A stretch of DNA of 64,000 bases. Origin: an uncultured bacterium. GTDB lineage: Bacteria > Patescibacteriota > Minisyncoccia > UBA6257 > 2-01-FULL-56-20. The DNA lies in assembly GCA_963705915.1 (NCBI GenBank), contig OY970126.1, positions 232,306-296,305 of the forward strand. The letters run 5' to 3'. The notes under the pieces are model-generated. The model was not told the origin of the DNA. It made no database searches and saw only the letters and a list, made by a program, of their open reading frames with translations. A program made the translations under genes and the position numbers. Shown piece after piece: positions 1 through 10,044 of the stretch (its first letter is position 1; each line of letters starts with the position of its first letter).

Positions 1-36
1 TCTTCGGAAGGCCATTTTTTTGCTATACTATGCATA

Positions 37-807
37 ATGTTTGGCGACTATAAAAACCTTGAAGAATTCAAGGAGGCATCTGGCTATACGATTGATGATG
101 TTTGGTATCCGAGAGTCACAAAAATCGTCACGATTAAATCGAAGCCGGCACTCTATTATTATTACGGCGAAGCGAAAAGTTTTAAGGCTGCTCAGGAAGC
201 GACCGAGCAATCAGCAAAAGAAGGTACCATGATCCACGAGGCGGTTGAAGGTTTTTTGCTTGGCAAAAACCCTGAGGTTCCGGACCAAGTGAAGCCCGCC
301 GTCAAATCGTTTTTGGAATTTTTTGATAAAAATAATATTCAGGTGACGTCGGATCTTGTTGAGCGCCGGATCGTGAACTATGATCATCGCTATGCCGGTA
401 CGGTGGATGCGATCGCGCTTATCGGTGGTAAACTCGGCGTCCTCGACATCAAAACATCGCAAGCGATCTATCGAGACTATTCTCTTCAGACGTCGGCATA
501 TATGGATGCGCTCAAGAGCCAATTCCAAAACCTTCAAACGCGATGGATTCTAAAAATCGACCAAGTCCAGTTTTGCAACAAATGTGGCGCACGGCGGCGC
601 ATCAAGGGCGGCCGCGAGAAAATAAAAATTGATTGGCGGAATAGCAAAATGAAAACCTGCGAGCACGAATGGGCAGAGCTTCAGGGAGATATTGAGCTTC
701 AAGAGTTCCCCTATTGGCAGGGTGACTTCCAGGCGTTTCTCGGGGCAAAGAAGCTTTGGGAATGGGAAAATGAGGAGTGGCTTAAAAAAGCAGGATATCT
801 GTCGTAA
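37..807 (+). CDS. PD-(D/E)XK superfamily nuclease (RecB/Cas4-like fold) with C-terminal CxxC...CxH zinc-ribbon-like tail
   Basis: Motifs GTVDAIALIGG (motif II Asp), VLDIKTS (D-x-K), LQTSAYMDA (QxxxY of RecB/Cas4/lambda-exonuclease family); C-terminal CNKCG...CEHEW. Confidence 0.5.
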   Translation: MFGDYKNLEEFKEASGYTIDDVWYPRVTKIVTIKSKPALYYYYGEAKSFKAAQEATEQSAKEGTMIHEAVEGFLLGKNPEVPDQVKPAVKSFLEFFDKNNIQVTSDLVERRIVNYDHRYAGTVDAIALIGGKLGVLDIKTSQAIYRDYSLQTSAYMDALKSQFQNLQTRWILKIDQVQFCNKCGARRRIKGGREKIKIDWRNSKMKTCEHEWAELQGDIELQEFPYWQGDFQAFLGAKKLWEWENEEWLKKAGYLS

Positions 808-849
808 GAAGCAGTTGAAACGTCTCAGGTCTGAATTTCGTATAATACT

Positions 850-1215
850 ATGAAAGGTCGAAGATGGCTGGCAAACAGCCCTTTCGCTTGCTTTTCTCTA
901 GATAAATCGATATCAAACCATTACATAAAAATCATGTCGAAAACAGCATTGTGGATTACCATTGTCGTAGTCGTTGTCCTTATCGGAGCGGGTGTTTGGT
1001 GGTGGAGTATGGCTCAAAACCAAAATAATGCCTCCCCTGCCGTGACGACCGCCCAGCAGGCCGGCTCGAATGGTTCGCAGCCTGTCGGCAATTCAGACGC
1101 AGATATCAGTCAGGAGATGTCAAACGTTAATGCGCAAATGAACGGAATGAGCTCGGACTCAGCAAGCATCAATCAGGGCTTAAATGACCAGCCGGTTCAG
1201 CAATCACAACTCTAA
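850..1215 (+). CDS. hypothetical single-pass membrane protein with Gln/Asn/Ser-rich low-complexity tail; probable true start at 934 (MSKTALWITIVVVVVLIGAGVWWW)
   Basis: Strong N-terminal TM helix followed by low-complexity region; no recognisable domain. Confidence 0.4.
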   Translation: MKGRRWLANSPFACFSLDKSISNHYIKIMSKTALWITIVVVVVLIGAGVWWWSMAQNQNNASPAVTTAQQAGSNGSQPVGNSDADISQEMSNVNAQMNGMSSDSASINQGLNDQPVQQSQL

Positions 1216-1217
1216 CC

Positions 1218-2075
1218 ATGCATAAAACATTACAAACCGTAATCGCCGGAGGCAGCCTGGCGACCCTTCTGCTCGCAGGGCTCGCTCTCCCGGCTTTTGC
1301 GCAGACCTCTCCGGTTACGAGCCTTGGCTTAAGTGCCTCGACAACGGTTTCAGCGTCAGTTCGGGGTGCGGGCTTGGGCGCGAGCATCACCAGCGAAGCA
1401 AGCATCATTGCGATGGCGCAGCAGCGTGCCGACGAGGAAATTGCGCGCCGCATTACCGCATTGAATGCCTTGAGCACACGCATAAATGAGGTACAGAGGC
1501 TTTCTTCAGACGAAAAGAATACTCTCTCAGCATCGATTCAGTCACAGATCACGCTTATGAATAATCTTCAGGCGCAGATTGCGGCTGATGTCCAGTCAAA
1601 TTCGACCTCGTCTCTTAAAACCGACATCCAATCAATCACAAAATCCTACCGGATTTATATATTGATCATTCCGCAAGGAGCAATCGAAGCCGCGTCGGAT
1701 CGGGCGCTCATCATCGCAAACGGTATGAGCACAATTTCCGGTCAACTTCAGGCTCGCATTGCATCATCAACGGACGTGTCGGCATCAGTCATTGCGTCAG
1801 CCGAGGCCTCGCTTTCGGATATGAATGCGAAGGTCGCCGACGCGAATACGCAGGCAACGGCAGCTAACAGCGAAGTTGAGTCGCTCATGCCTGACAACGG
1901 CAACCAATCCGTTGAACAGTCGAACACCGCAGCTCTCAAAGACGCTCGCTCAAAGATCTTGGCTTCACAGCAGGACTTTGTAACGGCGCGTGAGGATGCA
2001 TTGGCCATCATCAAAGACCTTGGCATCAAAATCAGCAGTTCAATTTCTGCTGGTGCATCGACGACGGCACAATAG
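1218..2075 (+). CDS. hypothetical secreted Ala/Ser/Thr-rich coiled-coil protein
   Basis: Signal peptide MHKTLQTVIAGGSLATLLLAGLALPAFAQ; heptad-like Ala/Ser/Gln-rich sequence; followed by terminator. Confidence 0.5.
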   Translation: MHKTLQTVIAGGSLATLLLAGLALPAFAQTSPVTSLGLSASTTVSASVRGAGLGASITSEASIIAMAQQRADEEIARRITALNALSTRINEVQRLSSDEKNTLSASIQSQITLMNNLQAQIAADVQSNSTSSLKTDIQSITKSYRIYILIIPQGAIEAASDRALIIANGMSTISGQLQARIASSTDVSASVIASAEASLSDMNAKVADANTQATAANSEVESLMPDNGNQSVEQSNTAALKDARSKILASQQDFVTAREDALAIIKDLGIKISSSISAGASTTAQ

Positions 2076-2109
2076 GCGTTCGTTAAGTACTCATCATAAA
2101 ACCAAGAGA

Positions 2110-2130
2110 GGCGCGTGAGGCGCCTTTTTT
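2110..2130 (+). terminator. Rho-independent terminator (GGCGC-gtgag-GCGCC + TTTTTT)
   Basis: 5-6 bp GC stem, 5-nt loop, T6 run 35 nt after stop of 1218..2075. Confidence 0.6.
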
Positions 2131-2909
2131 GGTCGGCTAAGATTACGAGAAATAAAAAAACAACCCAGTGCTACAAGAGCTGCTGGGTGTTTCGTCTCCG
2201 CGGGAGAGGGTGGTGAAGCTCGTTCGCTTCTTCGGGTGCATGCCTGCTTGCGCAGAACTTGCATACGGAAGAAGAGAAGGACTCCCCGACCCACTCGCCG
2301 TGAGACTTGTGAGAAAGTTTCTGTACGATCATCCGAAGACGATCAAGACGACATACTCATGATTCTTTACCATCCTTTCGGACGGCGTCGCCTTTTGAAC
2401 CTTGCAAGCGGTTCCCATGTTTCCTTTTCGGCCGAAGCTTTAAAGGTCATAGTGGAATCCACTGCTTTGGATTCAAGTGTTACGGTGAGGGGTAAGCTTC
2501 CCTCTCGCTGATGCTTGTCCGAAATCGCGATCGTGTTCCCATCCAAGGACAGGCGCAACTTTCGCGTTCATCGCTACTTGCATCAAATCTACATCACTGC
2601 AGATTAACCCCAAGCCATTTCTAGCTCGAGACTTTCTCATTCATTTGCCGACTGTCTGTCGCCATACTTCAACCGGATGTGATCCAGTATCAGCAATGCC
2701 ACATTGCTTTATTTAGACGAGATCTCTCTCGCCAATGCGCTGGGACAGATTGAGTCGGGCAAAACTTTTCTTTTTTTAAATTCGTCTACCCGTTGTGCTG
2801 ATATCAATAATACGTCCTACAAAAATAGCGTCAAGGCCAAAAAATGCCTGTAAATGCTAGTAAACTGGATAACCTGTGGAATATCTGTGAAATCCAAAAA
2901 GGCCCTATT

Positions 2910-3590
2910 TTATTGCCAAACCGTCGAAACTGGCACTTCTATGCTGTAACCAAGCGTTGGGAGGCTCGAAGTAGAGGTGTTAAATGAACCAACATCAGCC
3001 ATCCACGTTGTCCCACTGGCCTCTAGTTGCCCAAAAATCATATCCTCGCTTGAGTTCGGAGAACTGCAGCCGTAATAGGCCACTGTGCCACTCGCGGTGA
3101 ACGGCAGTGTTCCTGTGAGCGGTGTGCAGTAGGTTCCGTCGGCCAATGCAACCGCCCACGCCCAGTTTGTCGGCGGGTTCTTTTCGGGTGATGTTTTGGG
3201 CAACGGCTTTGTAAGGTTCAATAAAAACGTTGATGTTCCATACGGTCCTTCCGCCGGGTTTACGCCACAAAGCAAGTTGGTGCTGCTCGCAATTTGAAAG
3301 CATGGATCGCTGATGGCATTGCCGACGGTGCAACGCCAGGCATCGGCCCGATAAGGAGCCGCTATGGAGTTTGCAAAACATGAACCATCTTCGACTGGCG
3401 CAGTTCCCGACGGCGGGGCAGTGGGTGCGAATGCAATCACCTCAGTCGGAGGCGTTGTCGGGGTTTCCGCAGTGGTGGTCGTCGTCGTGTTTTGATTTAT
3501 ATTCGAAAACGCAAAGAATTGGCCGACGCCGAATAATACAACGAGAAGGAGCACGATTATGACAACAATTTTACTGGTTCTATTCATCAA
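2910..3590 (-). CDS. hypothetical membrane-anchored extracytoplasmic protein with poly-Thr/Pro linker and Cys-rich globular domain
   Basis: N-terminal TM helix IVVIIVLLLVVLFGVG, TTTTTTAETPTTPPTE linker, multiple Cys. Confidence 0.5.
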   Translation of the reverse strand: MMNRTSKIVVIIVLLLVVLFGVGQFFAFSNINQNTTTTTTAETPTTPPTEVIAFAPTAPPSGTAPVEDGSCFANSIAAPYRADAWRCTVGNAISDPCFQIASSTNLLCGVNPAEGPYGTSTFLLNLTKPLPKTSPEKNPPTNWAWAVALADGTYCTPLTGTLPFTASGTVAYYGCSSPNSSEDMIFGQLEASGTTWMADVGSFNTSTSSLPTLGYSIEVPVSTVWQ

Positions 3591-3596
3591 ATTGGT

Positions 3597-4316
3597 CTAC
3601 ATAAATCGAAACGTGCTGACGATCCGATCAAGCACCGCAGTCACCGTGGCGTCATCGAACGGGCGCAAGTTGTAGGAAGCGGGATAGTTTTCAATCTGCG
3701 CCGAATGGATGGTGTATTCCACTGAATAGCACTGGCCATTGTGTGTCGTTCGATAATCAGTCGTCTCGTAATAGTTCCCCGCTCCAACTCCCGTGAAGTG
3801 ATACACGAGAAACTGGATGCCATTCACCGTTTTTGTTGAGGTTGAATCTCCAGGGTTAGTGATAGGTCCCGGATTGAGACAATTCTGGAGAGCACTGGCG
3901 TCGCGGCTCGACCCAATGGTGAGCGTTGCGTCGGAGAAATTTGTTTGAGGCTCGAATGCAGATGGAACAGTAAGGGTGAAGAATTGCGTCCCTTCGGTGT
4001 TGTTCGATTCGAGGCTCCAGTTGGCTGTTGGAGATGGTGAATAGTTGTCCTGGGCTTCAAAATCGATCGGATATGCAACGCTAAATCCTCCGCTTGAATT
4101 CTGATCGGTTTGCCACTCGGCGGGGTTTGCATAATATTCCGACGGGCCGCTCGTTTGCGAGCGGCTCGTCGCACCAGTTATTCCTGAGCTTTGTACGGCT
4201 TGGAGTGCCTCTCCATATTGAACGCCCCAATAAAAACCGACAAACGGGAACACGATAAAGATGATGAGCGCGATCAATTTTGAATACCACGTGACTTTAT
4301 TGAATTCGATCTTCAT
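3597..4316 (-). CDS. hypothetical membrane-anchored secreted protein
   Basis: N-terminal TM helix LIALIIFIVFPFVGFYWGV; 6-nt spacing to downstream gene. Confidence 0.5.
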   Translation of the reverse strand: MKIEFNKVTWYSKLIALIIFIVFPFVGFYWGVQYGEALQAVQSSGITGATSRSQTSGPSEYYANPAEWQTDQNSSGGFSVAYPIDFEAQDNYSPSPTANWSLESNNTEGTQFFTLTVPSAFEPQTNFSDATLTIGSSRDASALQNCLNPGPITNPGDSTSTKTVNGIQFLVYHFTGVGAGNYYETTDYRTTHNGQCYSVEYTIHSAQIENYPASYNLRPFDDATVTAVLDRIVSTFRFM

Positions 4317-4346
4317 ATGTACTATTTTACGTTTTTGATATAGTAT

Positions 4347-4805
4347 TTGTCCAGAAGTTTTGACTGGAGAAAGTTCATGACAGGAAGTTCTCGCTTAGCG
4401 TTGGATGCACTTGCCTTGGTGCAGTGTCTTTTCGCCTTACTCACTGGTTTCTATGGCTTTGTGCTGACGCGTCAAGGAGAAATACGATGGCGGGTATCGA
4501 GCGTCAACGATCATCGCAGCTCAGCCATAGGCCTTGCCTTCGTCGCGGTCGCTGCGGTAATAATCGTTGAGGCCGTACTTCTTCCCCATTCTGTACGACT
4601 TGTGCACACGCGACTTTATTGGTTCAATTTCGCCGTGAGCATAATCGGTATCGCCTCTTATGGTACCGCCGCATACTTTAACCCTGAGAGACGTTCCGAT
4701 CTGAAGAAGCTCCATCATGTTTGCGGTCGAATTGCCTGCGCATCTGCTGTCGTCGTAGCCTATAATGGATATCTCTTTTTAGGCCGCATTCCCCCGCTCA
4801 CGTAA
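4347..4805 (+). CDS. hypothetical multi-pass (about 4 TM) membrane protein
   Basis: Four well-formed hydrophobic segments with charged loops; stop codon embedded in a strong plus-strand terminator hairpin. Confidence 0.4.
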   Translation: MSRSFDWRKFMTGSSRLALDALALVQCLFALLTGFYGFVLTRQGEIRWRVSSVNDHRSSAIGLAFVAVAAVIIVEAVLLPHSVRLVHTRLYWFNFAVSIIGIASYGTAAYFNPERRSDLKKLHHVCGRIACASAVVVAYNGYLFLGRIPPLT

Positions 4806-4829
4806 TGCTTTTGAGCGGGGTTTCTTTAT
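4792..4829 (+). terminator. Rho-independent terminator (9-bp stem CCCCGCTCA/TGAGCGGGG + TTTCTTTAT)
   Basis: Perfect 9-bp stem, T-rich tract on plus strand; lies between convergent genes 4347..4805(+) and 4826..5572(-). Confidence 0.5.
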
Positions 4830-5572
4830 ACCTGAATCTTCGAGAAGAAATAGCTGCCGAGTCCAAGGAAGACAATGGTGACTCCTGCGAGCACGATAAA
4901 GTCGACTCCTAAGCCGAAGGTCGTTGTGTTGAGGATGATTGCGCGGAATGAATCGACACCGTAGGACAACGGATCAAATTTTACGATTGCGCTGAGGGCT
5001 GCAGGAAGGCCTCCGAGCGGGAAAAGAGCGCCGGAAAGGAAAAATAGTGGCTGCACAAGGAAGTTCATAATCAATTGGAAGCCCTGCATATCTTCGAGAA
5101 GCGAAGCGATCATGGTGCCGAGTGCCGTGAAGAGCATGGCGACGAGCAACATGAAGACGATAAGTAACGGGACGAGCGCCCAGTTGTACGGAAGTACGCC
5201 AAAGAACAACGTTATGATAAAAACGATAAGTCCTTGGATTGTCGCGACCGTTGCGCCACCGAGTGTCCGGCCAATCATGATGTTTGTGCGTGAAACCGGC
5301 GCGACCATCGTTTCTTTTAAAAATCCGAACTGACGATCCCAGATGAGTTCAATGCCCGAGAAAATGGCCGTGAAGATGATGCTCATGCCGATCACGCCCG
5401 GTGCCAGGAAGTCGAAATAATTCCCCTGCCCCGCTGCTTTAAAGACAGACCCCAAACCGTAACCGAGGGCAAGTAAGAAGAGGATCGGTTGTCCGAGTGA
5501 GCCAACGATACGAGACTTTGAGCGGATATAGCGCTTGAGTGCGCGGAGCCAAAGGATGTAAATAGTTTTCAT
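4826..5572 (-). CDS. ABC-2 family transporter permease
   Basis: 6-TM profile, ABC-2 type permease architecture, immediately downstream of ABC ATPase. Confidence 0.8.
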   Translation of the reverse strand: MKTIYILWLRALKRYIRSKSRIVGSLGQPILFLLALGYGLGSVFKAAGQGNYFDFLAPGVIGMSIIFTAIFSGIELIWDRQFGFLKETMVAPVSRTNIMIGRTLGGATVATIQGLIVFIITLFFGVLPYNWALVPLLIVFMLLVAMLFTALGTMIASLLEDMQGFQLIMNFLVQPLFFLSGALFPLGGLPAALSAIVKFDPLSYGVDSFRAIILNTTTFGLGVDFIVLAGVTIVFLGLGSYFFSKIQV

Positions 5573-5587
5573 AATTTTTTAATACTA

Positions 5588-6394
5588 TTATCGACGACCT
5601 CCGCCGCGCCACATGCGACCCATCTTTCTCATCTGATCGATCGACCCGGCATCTTCATCGCGGATTTCATGACCGGTGAGTTCGAGAAACGCATCTTCAA
5701 GCGAATCTTTCTTGGTTTGCGCTTTAAGTTCGGCTGAAGTACCGGACGCGATGATCGTTCCGTGATCGATGATTGCGATTCGCTGCGCAACGCGATCCGC
5801 TTCTTCCATATAGTGGGTGGTGAAGAATACCGTGATCCCTTCTGATTTATTCAACTCCTGCAAGTAGCTCCACATGTGATTGCGCGTCTGCGGATCGAGG
5901 CCAAGCGTTGGTTCGTCGAGAAACATGACTTTTGGATGATGCAAAAGACCGCGCGCGATTTCGAGCCGCCGCCGCATGCCGCCAGAAAATTCCTTTACCA
6001 GGCTATCGCGCCGGTCGTTGAGGTCGACGAATTTGAGGAGCTGATCGATCCGTTCGCGACGGAGCTTTCGCTCAACGCCGTACACGACGCCATGGAATTC
6101 CATGTTCTCCCAAGCGGTAAGCTCGTCGTCGAGGCTTGGATCTTGGAAAACTATGCCGAATGATTTTCGGACCAAGCTCGCCTCGTTTGCAGGATTATGA
6201 CCGTTTAACATAATCGTTCCGCTCGTTGGATTGAGAAGCGTCGTAAGCATCTTGATCGTCGTCGACTTCCCTGCTCCGTTCGGCCCCAAGAACGCAAAAA
6301 TCTCTCCGGGCTTTACCGAGAACGAAATGTCGTTTACCGCCGTGAAGTCCCCAAACTTCTTCACGAGGTTTGATACTTGAATAATGGAGTCCAT
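5588..6394 (-). CDS. ABC transporter ATP-binding protein (ABC-2 exporter partner)
   Basis: Walker A GPNGAGKST, signature LSGGMRRRL, Walker B MFLDEPTLGLD, H-loop. Confidence 0.9.
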   Translation of the reverse strand: MDSIIQVSNLVKKFGDFTAVNDISFSVKPGEIFAFLGPNGAGKSTTIKMLTTLLNPTSGTIMLNGHNPANEASLVRKSFGIVFQDPSLDDELTAWENMEFHGVVYGVERKLRRERIDQLLKFVDLNDRRDSLVKEFSGGMRRRLEIARGLLHHPKVMFLDEPTLGLDPQTRNHMWSYLQELNKSEGITVFFTTHYMEEADRVAQRIAIIDHGTIIASGTSAELKAQTKKDSLEDAFLELTGHEIRDEDAGSIDQMRKMGRMWRGGGRR

Positions 6395-6523
6395 GTGGTA
6401 TGATTATTGAGAAGCTAAACTATTAAGTAACTTAACTAGTTTATCAGGGTACTATATCTCGTCAAGCATGGTATGTGGATAAGGCGTATATACTAGTACG
6501 AAGATCGTATTATTGATATTACT

Positions 6524-8065
6524 ATGACTCGCAAACGCATCATCTATCTTATCGTCGCGATTCTCGTTGTCGGAGGTTTAATGTACTATTTTGCCACCCG
6601 CAACTCAAGCGGGAAATACCAATTTGTTACCGTTCAACAAGGATCAATCACTGAGGTGGTAAGCGTCACGGGGAATACTACGCCCCAAACAAGCCTCGAC
6701 CTTGCATTTGAAAACGGCGGAACGATTGCGGTTGTCAATAAAAATGTCGGTGACCACGTGAGTCCGGGCGATGTTATCGCAGAGCTCAACACGAGCAATC
6801 TTCAGGCTCAGCTTGCACAAGCTCAGGCCAACGTTGACGAAGAACAGGCGCAGCTCGAAAATCTGCAAGCCGGCGCGCAGCCAGCCGATATTCAATCATC
6901 ACAAGCAGCTCTCCAAGGTGGCGAGCAGACGCTCGCCAATGATTATAGCAGCGTGAGCAACGTCCTCGCGGCCGCCTATGCGAACGCAAACGATGCTGTT
7001 CGCACGCAGCTCCAATCATTTTTCATTAACCCCGAGAGTCAGAACCCACAACTCACGTTTACGATCAATAATTCACAAACGCTCAACAACCTCGACGCAG
7101 CGCGTGCCCAGACGAGCGTTGAGTTGAATACGTGGCAACAGGAAGTCGGATCGCTCAGCGTCTCGTCGCCGTCTTCGTCACTCGACATAGCGCTCACGAA
7201 TGCCCTCAATCACCTAGCCGTCGTTAAAAATCTTTTAGCGCTCGCTTCCACCGCGCTCACCGAGGAGACAAGCCTTTCACCTACAACACTCGCAACCTAT
7301 AACGGCGAGGTGACTGCCGCGACAACCGAAACAAATACCGCGAATACCAACGTGACGACCGCAGCGCAGAATATCGCCTCGCAGAAAATAACCGTAGAGC
7401 AGTTGCAGGCGGAGCTCAACCTCAAACTTGCCGGTTCAACGCCGCAGCAAATCGCCGCCCAACAAGCGGAAGTTGAACAGGCTCAAGCAAGTGAGCAGAG
7501 CGTGCAGGTGCAAATCAACGAGGCTTCGCTGGTTTCCCCTATCGCGGGCGTCATTACCGTGCAAAATGCACAGGTTGGTGAGATTGCAGCTCCCGACGCC
7601 ACGATGACGTCGGTCATTTCAGATAATAACCTTGAAGTCGACGCTTATGTTCCAGAGACCGATATCGGTAAAGTGAATGTCGGCGATCCCGTGAGTATGA
7701 CATTCGATGCGTTCCAAGGACAGACGTTCACGGGTAAAGTATTTTATATCGATCCAGCCGAGACTATTCTCTCTGGCGTCGTCGACTATAAGGTGAAAGT
7801 TTCATTTGACACCGTTGACCCGCAGATGAAGAGCGGCCTTACGGCAAATCTCGATATCGATACTCAAACCGACAACAATGCGCTTATTCTCCCGCAGTAC
7901 GCGGTCCTCCAAAATGACCAAGGTAATTTTGTGGACATTTTGCAAAAAGGCTCGGTCGTGCAAGTCCCCGTGACTCTGGGTATCAGCGACAATCAGGGCA
8001 ATATTGAAATCGCTTCCGGTGTGACGGCTGGCGAACAGGTGCTGAATATCGGACTCAAGCAGTAG
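6524..8065 (+). CDS. HlyD/MacA-family periplasmic adaptor (membrane fusion protein) with long coiled-coil
   Basis: N-terminal TM anchor, biotinyl-lipoyl-like VSPGDVIAEL, extended Gln/Ala coiled-coil, beta-barrel C-terminus; followed by MacB-type ATPase and FtsX permease. Confidence 0.8.
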   Translation: MTRKRIIYLIVAILVVGGLMYYFATRNSSGKYQFVTVQQGSITEVVSVTGNTTPQTSLDLAFENGGTIAVVNKNVGDHVSPGDVIAELNTSNLQAQLAQAQANVDEEQAQLENLQAGAQPADIQSSQAALQGGEQTLANDYSSVSNVLAAAYANANDAVRTQLQSFFINPESQNPQLTFTINNSQTLNNLDAARAQTSVELNTWQQEVGSLSVSSPSSSLDIALTNALNHLAVVKNLLALASTALTEETSLSPTTLATYNGEVTAATTETNTANTNVTTAAQNIASQKITVEQLQAELNLKLAGSTPQQIAAQQAEVEQAQASEQSVQVQINEASLVSPIAGVITVQNAQVGEIAAPDATMTSVISDNNLEVDAYVPETDIGKVNVGDPVSMTFDAFQGQTFTGKVFYIDPAETILSGVVDYKVKVSFDTVDPQMKSGLTANLDIDTQTDNNALILPQYAVLQNDQGNFVDILQKGSVVQVPVTLGISDNQGNIEIASGVTAGEQVLNIGLKQ

Positions 8066-8066
8066 C

Positions 8067-8780
8067 ATGATCGATGTCCGCGACCTCCGAAAAGATTACA
8101 GCGAAGACGGTGAAGTGACGACGTCGGCGCTTCGCGGTGTCACCTTCACTATTAACAAAGGAGATTTTGTCTCGATCATTGGCCCCTCCGGGTCCGGCAA
8201 ATCAACGCTGCTCCAAATTCTCAGTTTTCTCGACCGACCGACGGGAGGCAGCTACACGTTTAACGGCAAAGGCATCGGGGAGATGTCCGATCTGGAGCTC
8301 GCCCATGTGCGCAACAAGCAAATGGGGTTTGTGTTTCAGGCATTCAACCTCCTTTCGCGCCTCACCGTTTATGAAAATGTTGAAATTCCATTGGTCTATT
8401 CGACCGTCGATCCGACGGAACGAAAAAAACTCATCGAGGAAGCCGTCCGATCGGTCGGCCTCGAAGAGAAGCTCTACGTCGAAACGGGCAAACTTTCCGG
8501 CGGACAAAAACAGCGTATCGCGATCGCCCGAGCGCTCGTCAATAACCCCGACATTATTTTTGCCGATGAACCGACGGGCAATCTCGACTCGAAATCCGGC
8601 GCCCAGGTGATGGATATTTTGGATACTTTGAACCATCAGGGCCATACCATTGTTCTTGTGACCCATGAAACTTATACGGCTGAATTTGCAGATCGGATCA
8701 TCGCGCTCCGCGATGGCATGGTTGAGAGCGATAAACCCGTGAAAAATCCGCGACACTCAAAAGATCAATTCTTTAAGTAA
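8067..8780 (+). CDS. ABC transporter ATP-binding protein, MacB/LolD family
   Basis: [38 protein letters not shown]; start overlaps adaptor stop. Confidence 0.9.
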   Translation: MIDVRDLRKDYSEDGEVTTSALRGVTFTINKGDFVSIIGPSGSGKSTLLQILSFLDRPTGGSYTFNGKGIGEMSDLELAHVRNKQMGFVFQAFNLLSRLTVYENVEIPLVYSTVDPTERKKLIEEAVRSVGLEEKLYVETGKLSGGQKQRIAIARALVNNPDIIFADEPTGNLDSKSGAQVMDILDTLNHQGHTIVLVTHETYTAEFADRIIALRDGMVESDKPVKNPRHSKDQFFK

Positions 8781-8793
8781 TACTATCAAGACT

Positions 8794-10038
8794 ATGAAGC
8801 TCAGCGATTCAATTAAATCAGCGCAAGCGACGCTCAAGCACGGCAAAACCCGTTCGTTTCTTACCATGCTTGGCATCGTGATCGGCATCGCATCGGTGAT
8901 TATTCTCATGTCGATCGGCCAATCGGCACAGGATCTCATTTTGAATCAGGTGCAAGGCATCGGTTCGAATCTTATTTTCATTCTTCCTGGCGGCACGAAT
9001 GGTAAATTTCAATCCCCTGCTGCGGCGCAAGGCGTTGTGATCAAGACGCTCGTGCAAAGTGACGTCGATGCATTGTCGCGCGAGCCTTCGATCAGCGGTG
9101 TCGCACCGATCGTGAACGGCCAAGCGAATGCAGTCTATGGCGACAACAACCTGAGCGTTACCTATCAGGGTGTCACAGGCAATTTCTTTGCTATGCGTAA
9201 TTATACCGTCGTAAACGGCTTTCCATTCACCGATCAGGACGTGGACGCCTATAACGACGTTGCCGTGATCGGAAGCGACCTTGCAACAACACTCTTTGGC
9301 CCGAACATTAATCCAGTCGGCAAAGATTTTCGGCTGGGCAATATCACCTATCGTGTTGATGGTGTCTTGAAGCCAATGGGTATTGGGCCTGGCGGCGTGA
9401 ATCAGGACGACTTGGTGCTCATCCCGATCACCGTCGCGCAGAGCCAGATGCTTGGCATTAACTATTTTCAGTATGTTCTCGTCGAGGCGAATCCTGATTA
9501 CAATATTTCATTCGTGACATCGCGGATTGAGTCTGTGCTTGAACAGGATCACGGCATCACCGACCCCTCGCAGGATGATTTTACCATCGAAACACAGCAG
9601 GATGTATTGGCGATTCTTGGCAGCATCACATCAATCCTCACGATTTTCCTTACCGCAATCGCTTCGATATCGCTTGTCGTAGGAGGTATTGGCATCATGA
9701 ATATCATGCTTGTATCGGTTATCGAACGTACCCGAGAAATCGGATTGCGAAAAGCCGTCGGCGCAACCGATGGCGATATCATGCAGCAATTCCTTGTCGA
9801 GTCCGTAATGCTTACGTTTGTCGGCGGCATTATCGGCATTGCCATTGGCGCTATATTTGTGACGCTTGTCTATCTCGTCCTCGTGCATTTCACGACCGTT
9901 GCATGGGTATTCGCCTTCCCACTTTCAGCGGTCATTATTGCGGTCGTTGTTTCAACGGCGACCGGTATCGGTTTTGGTATCTATCCGGCCCGCCAAGCAG
10001 CGCGCAAAAGCCCGATTGATGCGCTTCGCTACGAATAA
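8794..10038 (+). CDS. ABC transporter permease, FtsX/MacB family
   Basis: N-terminal TM + large periplasmic domain + C-terminal 3-TM FtsX-like domain (ERTREIGLRKAVGAT). Confidence 0.85.
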   Translation: MKLSDSIKSAQATLKHGKTRSFLTMLGIVIGIASVIILMSIGQSAQDLILNQVQGIGSNLIFILPGGTNGKFQSPAAAQGVVIKTLVQSDVDALSREPSISGVAPIVNGQANAVYGDNNLSVTYQGVTGNFFAMRNYTVVNGFPFTDQDVDAYNDVAVIGSDLATTLFGPNINPVGKDFRLGNITYRVDGVLKPMGIGPGGVNQDDLVLIPITVAQSQMLGINYFQYVLVEANPDYNISFVTSRIESVLEQDHGITDPSQDDFTIETQQDVLAILGSITSILTIFLTAIASISLVVGGIGIMNIMLVSVIERTREIGLRKAVGATDGDIMQQFLVESVMLTFVGGIIGIAIGAIFVTLVYLVLVHFTTVAWVFAFPLSAVIIAVVVSTATGIGFGIYPARQAARKSPIDALRYE

Positions 10039-10044
10039 AAAAAC

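Noticed and set aside
2168-2558. Four short ORFs (63-91 aa) in the 2.1-2.9 kb non-coding interval
   Set aside because: No motifs, Arg-rich or low-complexity composition, mutually overlapping. Kept only as a finding about the interval itself
2131-2909. Looked for RNase P RNA, tmRNA and SRP RNA consensus blocks (GAGGAAAGTCCGG, GGATTCGAC-type tRNA-like end, GGAAGCAGCC-type domain IV)
   Set aside because: None of these consensus strings is present on either strand. An ncRNA cannot be asserted without a covariance-model search
8137-8756. 157-aa (+) and 184-aa (-) ORFs overlapping the MacB-type ATPase gene
   Set aside because: They are alternative frames of a gene with unambiguous Walker/signature motifs. 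Their composition (Arg/Ser-rich) is typical of out-of-frame translation of moderate-GC coding DNA
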